DNA from: a virus
Lineage: Duplodnaviria > Heunggongvirae > Uroviricota > Caudoviricetes
Direction: 5' to 3' (one strand)
Virus record (IMG/VR): IMGVR_UViG_3300021387_000285
DNA length: 64,000 nucleotides
In this document: positions 1 to 10,648 of the stretch, in pieces
Layout: every line of letters starts with the position of its first letter
How positions within the stretch are numbered: position 1 is the first letter of the stretch
Made by a program: the position numbers and the translations under genes
The notes under the pieces: generated by a model
Told to the model about the DNA's origin: nothing
What the model saw: only the letters and a program-made list of their open reading frames with translations
Database searches by the model: none

Positions 1-1973
1 GGGCCATCACTAACCGCAATCAATAAGTCACCTATTTCACACACTTGACCTGCATAAGTTCCTGCATCAACAACTCTATAAGTCCAACCAGTTTGATAAC
101 TATTTGCTGGAACCGCAGTTGTTGTACCATGAGTTGCACCAAGTGTGCCTTTAAAAATTAAAGCATCATTAGCAGAAATTATATTATTCAATTCTGCTTT
201 TGTTGCATAAGTAGTTGTAATAACATTACCAGAAGCATCTTGAGTAGCTTTGGTAGCATTAGTTGCATTCACTGCATTGGCCGCATAACTTGCTGTCACT
301 GCAGCACCAGCCGTAGTTGCAGATGCAGCATAACTTGCTGTAATTGCATAAGCTGCACTATGAGCTTTAACTGCATTACTAGCAGTAATTGCCGCACTAG
401 CAGTAATCGCATAGGCTGCGCTATGTGCCTTGACTGCATTGCTTGCCGTCACAGCTGCGGTAGCAGTAACAGCATTAGCTGCATTCACAGCATTACCAGC
501 GGTAACCGCATAAGCTGCGCTACTTGCCAATGTAGCATTAGAAGCAGTGACTGCATATCCTGCAGTATCAGCCTAACCAACAATAGCTTTGCGTAATACA
601 TCAGCACTAATACTTCTTGCAGTGGTTGCAGTACCACCAGCTTGTTCAGCAGCTGTCATCTTTGCATAAGTTGTATTAGCATTATAATCAGCACGACGCC
701 ATTTCCCACCATAATAAGTGAATAAGATAGGAGTATTAGCAGCATAATGGGTAGTCAGCGCATCAGTGTTAGTTGTGTAACATTGAACTGCTCCTAATCC
801 ATTAATATTAAGAGTTACACTACCAGACTTACCAGCTACTTTTGGTACATACATAACTGTTAAACCATTATAATACTCAGTAATTTCATCTTGAGTACCA
901 GTCCAGACACCGGCCGCATCACTTGCGCTACCTTCAATATAAAAGAAAGTTTTACCATCGCTATAAGTGCTGCTTACAATATGACCAAAATTATCCAGAC
1001 TTAATGTTTTAATTATATTTTTATTATTAGCTTCTGGGTCTAATTCAGTTGTAATATCTGCGCTAGCAGGAGAATAATGACTAAAAGTAGTACCTGTTAA
1101 ATCAAGACCGTCCCCATTAGTATAAGTTGTATTACTGTTAATCCAAGGTACTAACACAGCTAACTTACCATTTTTATCAATTTCAACTGGATAAACATGA
1201 TTGGTTACATTAGCTTCATTTGTAGTTTGTGTTGTACTTAACAGACTAAGATTTACATTACTACCAGTAGTAGATAAACCTGCTCCAAAATTATAGGTAG
1301 TATCAGTAAACTTTGCGCCAGAAGGTACATCAGAATTAACTGTATGCCCATTAATTTTACCTACAAAGTTTTCAGCTGTAACAGCTCCAGTAGAAGGATT
1401 AGCATAAATCTTATTAGACCGATATGCTACATTATCTACAGTAGAAGTATTTGTCCCTTGCGTTGAGTAAGATAATAATACAGGATATTGAGCATTTGAT
1501 GCTGATAATACCTGTGAAACATTGGTATCTGTATTCACATTCTCATGTCCGACCCAAATCCAATTAGTCCCATCATACACGAATTGACAAACCATACCCG
1601 CGGTAATAGCATTAGCAGACGCTAAATTAGTTGTGCCATAACGCTTAATAGGCTTTGAACCAGTACCAGAAACATTTAATTCCAAACTTTCAGAACCAGC
1701 ACTATTGGTAAAGTTGAATTTAACAAAAACACTAACACCTACTGTTAAACCAAAACCATCAATATTAACCACTTTAATTGCGGTTCCTGCTGGCGTTGAA
1801 CATTCACCATAAAATGTCCCGTTTAATTGGCGTAATCCAGTCGCCGCATCTGTTGTATCAATATAGAACTTATTAGTATTCTTATCAAAATAACAAAATC
1901 CGGTTTTGTGGCTAGACAAAGCAGAAATAACATTTCCACTTTCAAAATTGTTTAAGATTTTAAAGAGTGCCAA
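1..1973 (-). CDS. Tail fibre protein, partial (C-terminus runs off the window start). TTG start at 1973. One in-frame TAG at 573-575 is read through. The distal part carries tandem ~20-aa Ala/Thr/Ser-rich repeats.
   Basis: Uninterrupted minus-strand frame 1973->1 if TAG is sense. RBS AAAGGGGAG sits 7 nt upstream of the TTG. The + strand ORF 240-596 is the antisense of the repeats. Confidence 0.6.
330..520 (-). repeat. In-frame tandem coding repeats of ~60 nt (AAYAITAS.. units) inside the tail-fibre gene.
   Basis: Near-identical 60-nt units are visible at about 335-395 and 395-455, with degenerate copies on both sides. Confidence 0.6.
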
Positions 1974-2067
1974 TCTTCAGCTCCCCTTTCTTTATATTTT
2001 TACTATCTCAAATAATGTAAATAAAGATTTAATTTATTTAATCTAATTCGTCCAATTAAAAAATGCC

Positions 2068-2096
2068 TTGATTTTTTAAAAAAATTATGATATAAT
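2068..2096 (+). promoter_or_regulatory. Sigma-A-type promoter, TTGATT-N17-TGaTATAAT.
   Basis: Matches the promoter family repeated through the window. It is followed by an AAAGGAG RBS. Confidence 0.6.
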
Positions 2097-2113
2097 TCTT
2101 ATAAAGAAAGGAG

Positions 2114-2638
2114 TTGATTATTATTAACCTTGGAATCTTTGATGAATTAAAAGATTATACAGATATTCCAAAAGATGGAGATTATCTTTATAGTAAAAAA
2201 GATTAGTGCATTTATCGTTATAATGAAGATGCGCATGATTGGTTAGTAGTTGATACAAACGATACAGTTGTAAATACTGGACTTACCAATTATGAATTAT
2301 AGAAATAGATAGTCGCGCAATTTCCATCTTTAATTACAGAACAACAGTTAAGTCCTGCAAAGAAAATCTTACGAGATTTTATTGATAATTACTCTAATGA
2401 TAGTTATTTCATGCTACTTTGTAATGATATCCATTATTATACAGTATTTAAAATAGAAGAAAGCGCAAATGAAAATGTAGAAGATGTAATCATTGAATGT
2501 TTACAAGATGTTGGAGTTGTGCAACATATTGAGTATGATGAAGATAATCAGCAAGTAGAATGTTGGATAAAGAATGAAAATGGAGCAATGCTATTTATGT
2601 TATTTAATTATGATTGGGGCGTTGTAAAATGTAGGTAA
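2114..2638 (+). CDS. Hypothetical protein with 3 in-frame TAG. Start is uncertain (TTG or ATT near 2114-2123).
   Basis: The frame is continuous from 2114 to the TAA at 2636-2638 only if TAG is sense. It merges the track ORF 2411-2638 with its upstream sequence. Confidence 0.45.
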
Positions 2639-2889
2639 TGTTTTGTAAATTTAACATGTTTGATATGAATACTCAAGTTTATTCTATCCAAGAGAATGAA
2701 AATACTGTGCCATTATTTAAAGGTACTGCAGATGAGATTGCTAATCTTATGAGTGCAGAATATCAAACTGGTAAATATGAAAAAATTGTTCTTGCGGGAC
2801 CCTATGGTGAGACTCTTGAACAGAAAATTAGAACTTATAGTAAAACAAATTATAATTGTGAAGATGTAAAGATTGAGGTAATAGAATGA
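2638..2889 (+). CDS. Hypothetical protein.
   Basis: ORF from the track. Its start overlaps the upstream stop (TAATG). Confidence 0.4.
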   Translation: MFCKFNMFDMNTQVYSIQENENTVPLFKGTADEIANLMSAEYQTGKYEKIVLAGPYGETLEQKIRTYSKTNYNCEDVKIEVIE

Positions 2890-3107
2890 GAAAACTTTTA
2901 ACGACAGTAGAAACATTTCGTGTCAATACAGAAAATGAAGCAAAAGAATTGATTGAAGAAGTTAAAGCAGATGCTGGTGTAGAGTATTCTGTTGCTAGCT
3001 ATACTTCTACCTATAAAGAGAAAAAGAAAAAGGGAGAAGTTATTGATTCTGGTTATCAAGTAAAAATTACAAAAAATTATGGTAGTTTCTGGCCGGAGGA
3101 CCTTTGA
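2886..3107 (+). CDS. Hypothetical small protein.
   Basis: ORF from the track with an ATGA overlap to the upstream gene. It ends in TGA. Confidence 0.4.
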   Translation: MRKLLTTVETFRVNTENEAKELIEEVKADAGVEYSVASYTSTYKEKKKKGEVIDSGYQVKITKNYGSFWPEDL

Positions 3108-3109
3108 TT

Positions 3110-3535
3110 ATGAAGTTTGAATAGGTATCTACTTATCCTTATGCAAAACTGCCCGAACGTGCTACAGCAGGTTCCGCAGGCTATGACTTTTATTGTGCCG
3201 CGCATACTGTAGTCAATCCTCATAGTATTGCTTTAATTCCAACAGGAACAAAAGCACAGATTGATGATGGCTATTGGCTTATGCTCGCAATTCGTAGTTC
3301 TACTCCTAAAAAGAAATCTTTGATGCTCGCTAATGGTATTGGGGTTATTGATGCTGATTATTACGATAATCCAGATAACGAAGGACATATTATGTTCCAA
3401 GTTTATAATTTCTCTGATGAACCAGTAGCAGTATATAAAGATGATAAAATTGGGCAGGGTATTTTTATGCCTTACTCTACTACTGGTGATGTAGTGACTA
3501 CTGTGCGCGAAGGCGGCTTTGGTAGTACCTCTTGA
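3110..3535 (+). CDS. dut: dUTP diphosphatase (dUTPase) with 1 in-frame TAG at codon 5.
   Basis: MKFE(TAG)VSTYPYAKLPERATAGSAGYDFY...IGVIDADY.. carries trimeric-dUTPase motifs. It ends in TGA. Confidence 0.8.
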
Positions 3536-4014
3536 GACTATTAGCATTAGATTAGGCTAGTAGAACTTCAGGGTGGTCGGTATTTGATAACCAAACACTT
3601 ATAGACAGTGGAACATTTACATTAACACAAGATGATGTTGGTAAGCGTTTAGCGGCTTACCGCAAGAAAATTGAAAACTTAATTAATGAATATGATGTTG
3701 AAACAGTAGTCTTTGAAGATATTCAAATGTAGTCATAGATAAATAATGTATAGACATTTAAAGTATTAGCAGAGATATTTGGAGTAACTCAAGAATACTT
3801 AGCAGAACAAGGTTATGTTTATGAGATAATTAGTTCTAACACTTGGAAATCTTAGCTAGGTATTAAAGGACGTAAAAGAGAAGAATAGAAAAAGAATGCT
3901 CAAGAATATGTGCTTCAACATTATAATAAAAAAGTTAGCCAAGATGAAGCTGATGCAATTTGTATTGGTGCTTGCGCTGTGCTAAAAAATAACTCGGTCT
4001 TTAATTGGGAGTAA
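3532..4014 (+). CDS. RuvC-like Holliday-junction resolvase (phage type) with 6 in-frame TAG. TTG start overlaps the dut stop.
   Basis: Joined translation MRLLALDQASRTSGWSVF...VVFEDIQMQSQ...SQDEADAICIGAC matches the RuvC/YqgF catalytic motifs. Confidence 0.75.
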
Positions 4015-4074
4015 GGCCGAGTTTATTAAATACCTTTATTTTGATTTTCTTTTATACTAGAAGGGAAAATTCAA

Positions 4075-4581
4075 ATGAAAGAGGTGCTGACTGTGCTAAT
4101 TGAGTTCATCACGAAATACTGGCTGGAAGTACTGTTTAGTTTAATTTGTGGTGGAGCCGCTTTTATCATTAAGCATCATATTAAATTAATTATTGCCGAT
4201 AGAAAAAGACATGAAAAAGATTTAATGGATGCTATGACGAATAAGTTAGATGAATAGAAATTAGATATGGAAAAACAAATTACAGTTTGCCATAGTAAGC
4301 TGTTGGATACTATATAGAACTATGATGAAAAATCACGCGCAGAAGATAAAATCTTGCATGAAGAAGTTGATGTAATACGAGATGGGATGTTGTCTATACA
4401 AGGGAGAGCCTTTAAAGACCAATGCCGATATCTATTAAGACCAGACCATGTTATTACTTTAAATGAATATGAAAGTATCTTACATGAACATAGTGTATAT
4501 AATAGATTAGGTGGAAATCATGAAGGTGATGGATTATTTTCATCTGTATAGGCTAAGTACCAAAATAGTTTGGGAACATAA
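4075..4581 (+). CDS. Membrane-anchored hypothetical protein with 3 in-frame TAG.
   Basis: N-terminal TM helix. The frame joins track ORFs 4075-4257 and 4354-4551 through TAG and ends at TAA 4579-4581. Confidence 0.5.
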
Positions 4582-4586
4582 ATAAA

Positions 4587-4629
4587 AAGGGAAAGAACTT
4601 ATTATTGTTCTTTCCCTTTTTTATTTTTC
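4587..4629 (+). terminator. Rho-independent terminator.
   Basis: Stem AAGGGAAAGAAC/GTTCTTTCCCTT followed by a T-run. Confidence 0.7.
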
Positions 4630-4658
4630 TTGACTTTTCGTTTTTTTTATGATATAAT
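4630..4658 (+). promoter_or_regulatory. Sigma-A-type promoter, TTGACT-N17-TGaTATAAT.
   Basis: Member of the promoter family. It drives the 4685-6607 operon. Confidence 0.6.
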
Positions 4659-4684
4659 ATGTAATAGAAAGGTGGTATGTAAAA

Positions 4685-4975
4685 ATGACAAAGATTGAAG
4701 TACCAGCTGAATTAAAAGATAAAATTCAAAAGGCTGATATAAAAAGAAGTGCAACAAGAGATTTAATTCTTCATATCCTTGCTAATGAAGTAGATATCCC
4801 AGAAGGTAGAATGGAAATGCTTAATGAGAAATATACTATGGAGTTTTATGACTTTGAGCGAGCCAAAAGTGAACTTGAAGAAAAATATATCGTTCCAACT
4901 TTTGCTGATAAAAATGTAAATTGGAATCTTGATTATAGTACAAGTATAGTTACCGTCATGGAAGATGGTGAATAA
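4685..4975 (+). CDS. Small hypothetical protein, TAG-free paralogue A.
   Basis: ORF from the track preceded by an RBS AAAGGTGG. It resembles the next gene (AKSELEEKY versus AKQELEKKY). Confidence 0.5.
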   Translation: MTKIEVPAELKDKIQKADIKRSATRDLILHILANEVDIPEGRMEMLNEKYTMEFYDFERAKSELEEKYIVPTFADKNVNWNLDYSTSIVTVMEDGE

Positions 4976-4978
4976 TTA

Positions 4979-5272
4979 ATGGAAGAAAATAAAGAAACTA
5001 TTATTGAAATACCAGGATCAGTTGTTAATTTTATTCAAAGACTTGATATTGAATGTTAGAGTTATAAAAATATAATTAGTTATATTTTAACTCATGAAGA
5101 TATGAACATATCTACTGAAAGATTTAAACAATATCAAGAAGCCTACCAGAATACTTTATACGCTTTTGAAATTGCTAAATAGGAATTAGAAAAAAAATAT
5201 CTTTATAATTTCAAAAATCCACAATGGAAATTAAACTATAAAAATTATTAGATTATAATAAAGGAGTTATAA
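4979..5272 (+). CDS. Small hypothetical protein, paralogue B, with 3 in-frame TAG.
   Basis: Continuous frame only under the TAG=sense reading. It is similar in sequence and length to 4685-4975. Confidence 0.45.
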
Positions 5273-5275
5273 ATT

Positions 5276-6607
5276 ATGATTATTCCTACTGGTGATAGAT
5301 AGTATAGTGATTGGTTAATTGAATTATATAATGAATAGTTACAAATATTTCCAAATAAAGAAATGTTAGTGCCATCTATTACATTTCAAGTAACAGATAA
5401 TTGTAATTTAAGATGCAGCTATTGTTATCAAATTAATAAGGGTAATCATAGAATGCCTTTCTCAATTGCTAAAGATTTTATTGATTTATTAATAGAAAAT
5501 AATGAAAAAACTAAACAATATATTGATACAAAAAATACCTTAGGAGTTGTACTTGATTTTATTGGAGGAGAACCTTTTTTAGAAATAGAATTAATTGATT
5601 AGATTTTAGAATATTTTTAGAAAGCCACCATTGAAGCTAATCATCCTTGGTAGTATCATTGGAAAGCTAGTTTTTCATCTAATGGAACTCTTTATTTTAA
5701 TCCAGAAGTTTAGCATTTTTTAAAAAAATATTTAGATAAAATAGGATTAAGTATCACTATTGATGGAAATAAATAGTTACATGATAGTTGTCGTAAATTT
5801 CCAGATGGCTCAGGTAGTTATGATTTAGCCATTGCGGCCGTTAAACATTATACCAATGAATTACATGGAAGAATGGGAAGTAAAATAACATTAGCTCCAG
5901 AAAATATTCAATATACTTTTGAAGCTATAAAAGAATTTATTGAATTTGGATATACTGATATTCATGGTAATTGTGTTTATGAAAAAGGTTGGGAATTAAA
6001 ACATGCTAAAATTTTTTATCAATAGTTAAAACAATTAGCAGATTATATTATTAACAACGATTTAGAAGAAAAAATATATTGTTCTTTATTTGTTCCTCAT
6101 TTTTTCCATCCAAAACCTTTAGATGATACACAAAATTGGTGTGGAGGGAATGGAAGAATGGTAGCTTTAGATTATAAAGGAGATATTTATCCTTGTATTA
6201 GATATATGGAATCTTCTTTAGGTCCTACTATTAAGCCTATCATTATTGGGAATGTTAGTAAAGGATTTTTATATACTCCAGAACAAATTGAATGTGTGAC
6301 TTGTTTAAAAAATATCAATAGATTAAATCAATCTACAGAAGAATGTATTAATTGCTCTATTGCTGAAGGATGTTCATGGTGCCAAGGATATAACTATCAA
6401 GATAGTGGAGATTTTAATCATAGAGCAACTTATATCTGTATAATGCATTAGGCAAGAGCATTAGCAAATGCTTATTATTGGAATAAATGTTATATAAAAC
6501 ATAATGATAAAGAGCGCATGCATTTATATTTAGAAGATGAAAAAGCTTTATAGATTATTTCATTAGAAGAATTAAATAAAATAAAAAAAGCAGAAATCAT
6601 ATTATAA
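5276..6607 (+). CDS. Radical SAM/SPASM-domain enzyme of the anaerobic sulfatase-maturase-like family with 10 in-frame TAG.
   Basis: CNLRCSYC (Cx3Cx2C) motif. The segment IDGNKQLHDSCRKFPDGSGSYD is anSME-like. A C-terminal SPASM cysteine cluster CVTC...CINCSIAEGCSWC is present. Track ORFs 5363-5602 and 6158-6451 are fragments of this gene. Confidence 0.85.
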
Positions 6608-6628
6608 TATGATTTCTGCTTTTTATTA
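6590..6628. terminator. Bidirectional hairpin terminator shared by the convergent + and - operons.
   Basis: Perfect inverted repeat GCAGAAATCATA/TATGATTTCTGC, T-rich on both sides. Confidence 0.65.
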
Positions 6629-7195
6629 TGTCAAAAATACTTGATTTAAAGTATTTTCAATTAACTCTTTACGTTTTAAATCATTTCCTTTAGCAATTGT
6701 TAAATGATTTTTAATTTTTGTTATTAATGTATCTGTTAAAATTTCTGAAGTATAAAAATTTAATAAAATTAATCTTAAATTTTCTTTAGCAATCCAGGCT
6801 CCTGAGTTTGTATTCACCTAAATAGATAAAATATTTTCCATATCTGATAAGAAATCAATTCGTTTATCTTTCTAAATATTTATAATACTAGAACTAATTA
6901 TTTTATAATAAAAATATTTTTTATATATTAAAATTTCTTCATTAGAATATTGGAATGATGAGTAGTGTAAGGCACGATCAATGATATCATCTAAATAAGT
7001 ATAAAAATTATCTAAATCAGTAGAAGATTTTATAATTGATGGAGACATACCTCTCTCAATTAAATATAATATATCAATACCAAAATCAAAGTTTAAAAAC
7101 TATGGATCTTGAATAATTGCTGATAATAAAGAATTTGGAATAGTATCTAAATTTGCTAAAAGAATTTTAAATTCTAAAATATCTAAATTATTCAT
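6626..7195 (-). CDS. Hypothetical protein with 3 in-frame TAG.
   Basis: ATG at 7195 is preceded by AAGGAGG. The frame is continuous to 6626 when TAG is read as sense. Confidence 0.45.
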
Positions 7196-7222
7196 TTCGT
7201 TCCTCCTTAAAAAATTTTAAAA

Positions 7223-8125
7223 TTAAGTTGTTCGTAAATCACCAGTACATTTTCCTGCACAACTTCCTCCACAAGCCCCTGTACATCCTAAACAAGTACC
7301 ATGACAAGTACCTACACATCCACTTGAACAAGACCCTTTGCATCCTCCAGAACATGGAGTACAAGTACCTTTACAAGTACTCATACATCCTTCTTCACAC
7401 TAGGTATCACACTAACCACTACATGTAAACGTACAATCATTCTTACAATAATCTTTACAAGTACCACCACAGCCATTAGTACAATCACTACCACAACCAC
7501 TACTGCATGCATTTCCACATCCACTACATCCATCATTACAACCACTACTACATGCATCTCCACAACCAGTACAAGTTCCAGTACAGCCTAAACAAGTCAT
7601 ATTACAAACCCAATTACAGTCATCTTGGCATGCATATGTGCAACCTGTTGCACAACTTCCAGTACATCCAGTACACCCAGAACATCCACCAGTGCATCCA
7701 GTACATCCTAAACAAGTACCTTTACAATCTCCAGTACAGCCAGAACAAGTACTTGTACAATCTCCAGTACAACTCGTACATAAACCAGTACAAGAACTAT
7801 TACAAGCAGAATTATTTGTTTCTCCACTTGGCTAACGATATGGTCGCGATGCATAATCATTATTGGCTATCTATAATTTAATTAGTGCTTTAATAATATC
7901 ATACTAAGCAACTTCTGAATAGTCTGTTATACTAGTATTTATCTAATTTAAAGGATGTATTAAATTATTCCAAATATTAGGGATAATTTCATCTTCTTTA
8001 ATAGCATTTATTGTATTATCAAAGGTAAAAGTATATTTATCTCGTCTCTATAACTCAGTATTTATAGCAGCTCGTAAATCATTTATTTCACTTGCTACTA
8101 TTTTATCATATTGATTTAATCCCAT
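7223..8125 (-). CDS. Cysteine-repeat (CXXX/CXX) protein, 300 aa, with 6 in-frame TAG. It has an N-terminal ~100-aa Cys-free domain and a C-terminal ~200 aa of C-x2-3-C repeats (about 50 Cys).
   Basis: ATG at 8125 with a GGAAAGGAG RBS. The translation ..CTGLCTSCTGDCTSTCSGCTGDCKGTCLGCTGC.. runs to TAA at 7223-7225. Track ORFs 7412-7600(-), 7381-7563(-) and 7507-7881(+) are fragments or antisense of it. Confidence 0.7.
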
Positions 8126-8236
8126 ACTTTGCTCTCCTTTCCCTCTAAACTATTCTATAAAAAATAAAAAAATAATTACTATTATTAACCTATTTTGACC
8201 TATTATTATAGTACCATATTTTTTCAAAAAAATAAA

Positions 8237-8277
8237 GGGATAGGCACTTAGTACCTATCCCAATTTTTTATTTTTTC
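8237..8277. terminator. Hairpin terminator, possibly bidirectional.
   Basis: Stem GGGATAGG/CCTATCCC with T-runs on both sides. It overlaps the stop of the 8248-8577 gene. Confidence 0.55.
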
Positions 8278-8577
8278 AAATACTTTATTAGTTACTTGAA
8301 TAATTTCTTTACCGTATGTTGCAATAATATCTGCAATTAATTCTTCCTAATCAATAGTTAATTTAACTCCATAGCTAAACATAGCTGCATGAGTTATTTC
8401 ATGACATAAAACTTTATAAAACATTTTCTACCCTAAGCCATCAGCAATATAAATTGTTTTATTTCTATTATTACAACATCCAAGAGCAAAGTCATCATCT
8501 GCGGTCAACAGCTCAGGATAAGTTGGTGGGACACATTTAACCCACCAAATTATCCCATTAATAATACACGCGATCAT
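8248..8577 (-). CDS. Small HExxH (zincin-like, ImmA/IrrE-like) protein with 2 in-frame TAG.
   Basis: ..KVLCHEITHAAMF.. carries an HEXXH motif. ATGA overlap with the upstream gene. Confidence 0.4.
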
Positions 8578-9140
8578 TTTGTATTATTAATTTTAGTTGC
8601 TAACTATTGTAATTTAGTTGATAAGACTTGTTTCTCTTCTTGATTAGAATGTTTTACCATATCAGTCAAGTCATCCCCTAAATCTTGAATGTAATGCTCC
8701 AATTCCTTCATTGAAGTATTATCATCACTATTATTGCTTTTCTTTTCCATATACATTCTACGAGAATAATCACTACGCCCATTGCGCCAGCCTTCATCTC
8801 GCATCATATATGGAGCATACTCCATATATGGGGTATAATTTCTGGAAGTAGAATTGTTATTAGAAGAACTATTATTATTACTACCATTATTTTCTCCTCT
8901 ATACATCATTCTATCAGGCTCCATAAAATAAGCAATATTGTTCTATGCTTGAGATTCTTTTTTCTCACTTTGTGATTTTTCCATTGCTTCAATTATAGAA
9001 CAATAATACATAGCTTCTTCTAAATCTTTAATCATATCAATTACTTCGCCTAATTCTTTTGCATCAGTCTTTTTTAAATCTCCTAATTGAGTTTGGACTG
9101 AACTTACTAAACATTGTTTGATATTTTTTAATTGTTCCAT
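8574..9140 (-). CDS. Low-complexity Asn/Ser/Tyr-rich hypothetical protein with 2 in-frame TAG.
   Basis: Joins track ORFs 8943-9140(-) and 8604-8924(-) through TAG. Confidence 0.45.
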
Positions 9141-9562
9141 TATGCCACCCTCTCTACAATAAGATTTGCATTCTGGACATCCACATCTGTAGTTCCTACA
9201 TTTTCTACACTAACTTGCGCGCAGCATCCTTGCGCCACGTCAATAAATAAAGAACGAGAAACATTATTAAACTCTTCTACTACGCCAGGAGTAGAAATCA
9301 TCATAGCAGAACCAATAGGCTCACCATTTATAGCTAATGCTAGCATAATTGGTTCTGTAGCTGTTGCATCTGCTGGTAATGCCACATTGGCCCCAAACAT
9401 AACACGAAATCTTGCTCGGCATTGATTAGTTAAACCTCTTAATCCAACTAACCCACTGCCTTCTCTGTGTAAAATAGATGGAGTTCCATTAACAGCAGTA
9501 TTAGTAAAAACCACTACATTATTAGTACTGACTGTCTATAAAGCATTTGCTGTTACTTCCAT
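9140..9562 (-). CDS. Protein with a BclA C-terminal-domain-like (TNF/C1q-like) fold signature; 1 in-frame TAG.
   Basis: C-terminus ..NANLIVERVA is like the BclA C-terminal domain ..IIIEKVA and the composition is beta-rich. GAAAGGAG RBS upstream. Confidence 0.4.
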
Positions 9563-9576
9563 ATTACTCTCCTTTC

Positions 9577-10383
9577 TTAACTAGCAAGATTGTAGTTATA
9601 AAATCCATTATACCCATAGTATCCAGTATAAGGATTTGGAACTTGGTATGCGGGAATTGGGTTTGGCTGTAAATGAGTTAATAAGTAAGCATTCTGCTCG
9701 CTCTGCGAAATCTAAGTCTTTAAAGCAGAGTTCTCACTTTGCAATGCACTTAATCTATCTTGTACTAAGAAGTCAAGAATCTGACGAGTATTATTATTGC
9801 AATTCTGCATAATATCTCGTGCGCCATCTACAACTGCCTGACGGTCAGCGCAAGCTTCTGTTGCAATATTATAATTTAATGTTGCAAAACTACTTGCAAT
9901 ATTCTGGTCAGTCTGGCAATTTGCTAACTGCTGTGCAGCTTGCATTGAGCTCAACTGTTGAGTAAGGCCAAATGTATTCTGCATTCCTGCTATAGTATTT
10001 GCATTTATTGCTTGGTTAATACTATTAGTATTCTGAAGATTTTGCATACCCATATTACAAATATCAGATTGAATAGCACTTGTACCAGCATTGATAGCTG
10101 CATTAGTAGAAGCAAAACCATTTAAAATACCAGTATTTATGTTATAGAAACCATTAGTAACATTGTCGTTGATAGAATCTAAACCATAAATAGCAGTAGC
10201 AGTTGAAGCAGCATTGCCATTGCCGCCTCCCCAACCAAATCCATTACCGCCCCATCCGCCGAGACAGAATAAGAACAGTAATACAATCCACCATCCACTT
10301 CCACCACCGAAGAAGCCATCACCACTATTACCAGTAGCAGCAGCAATATCGGCTAAAGAATAACCACTTTCACTATTGAACAT
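9577..10383 (-). CDS. Gly/Asn/Gln-rich membrane protein with 1 in-frame TAG.
   Basis: N-terminal Gly-rich region plus TM segment WWIVLLFLFCLGGW. AAAGGAGG RBS upstream. Confidence 0.45.
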
Positions 10384-10411
10384 ATAAAATGTCCTCCTTT
10401 AATATATATTT

Positions 10412-10648
10412 TTACAGCCCTAAAGTTTTCTTAAAGGCAGTAAATTCAGTATCAAAGTCTAGACCTTTCTATGCACATAAATTACGAGCGATTTTTTCAA
10501 TATCCGCACCATTGTGTGATTGGGCTAGACTCAGGAGGTTCTAACCCATTGGTGATGATTGCGCTTGTTGTTCTAAAAAAGACATTATCATTTGAGTTGG
10601 ATTTTGTTTACTCTTCACCATTGATAACATTTGTTGTACTGGATTCAT
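10412..10648 (-). CDS. Hypothetical small protein with 2 in-frame TAG.
   Basis: ATG at 10648 is preceded by TAAGGAGG. TAATG overlap with the upstream gene. Confidence 0.4.

Noticed and set aside
300-560. Possible CRISPR array suggested by the regular ~60-nt repeats
   Set aside because: The repeats are in-frame coding repeats of the tail fibre (AAYAITAS.. units) with no unique spacers and no leader or cas genes. No other CRISPR-like array is seen in the window.
240-596. Cys-rich 118-aa + strand ORF (MSSFGSISCIHCIGR...)
   Set aside because: It is the antisense reading of the GC-richer tandem Ala/Thr repeats of the minus-strand tail-fibre gene. No RBS precedes it, and its composition is an artefact of the GCNGCN repeats on the other strand.
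7381-7881. Track ORFs 7381-7563(-), 7412-7600(-), 7507-7881(+) and 7638-7835(+) as separate small Cys-, Val- or His-rich proteins
   Set aside because: All are fragments or alternative frames of the single minus-strand Cys-repeat gene 7223-8125. Reading TAG as sense gives one continuous 300-codon frame with an RBS.
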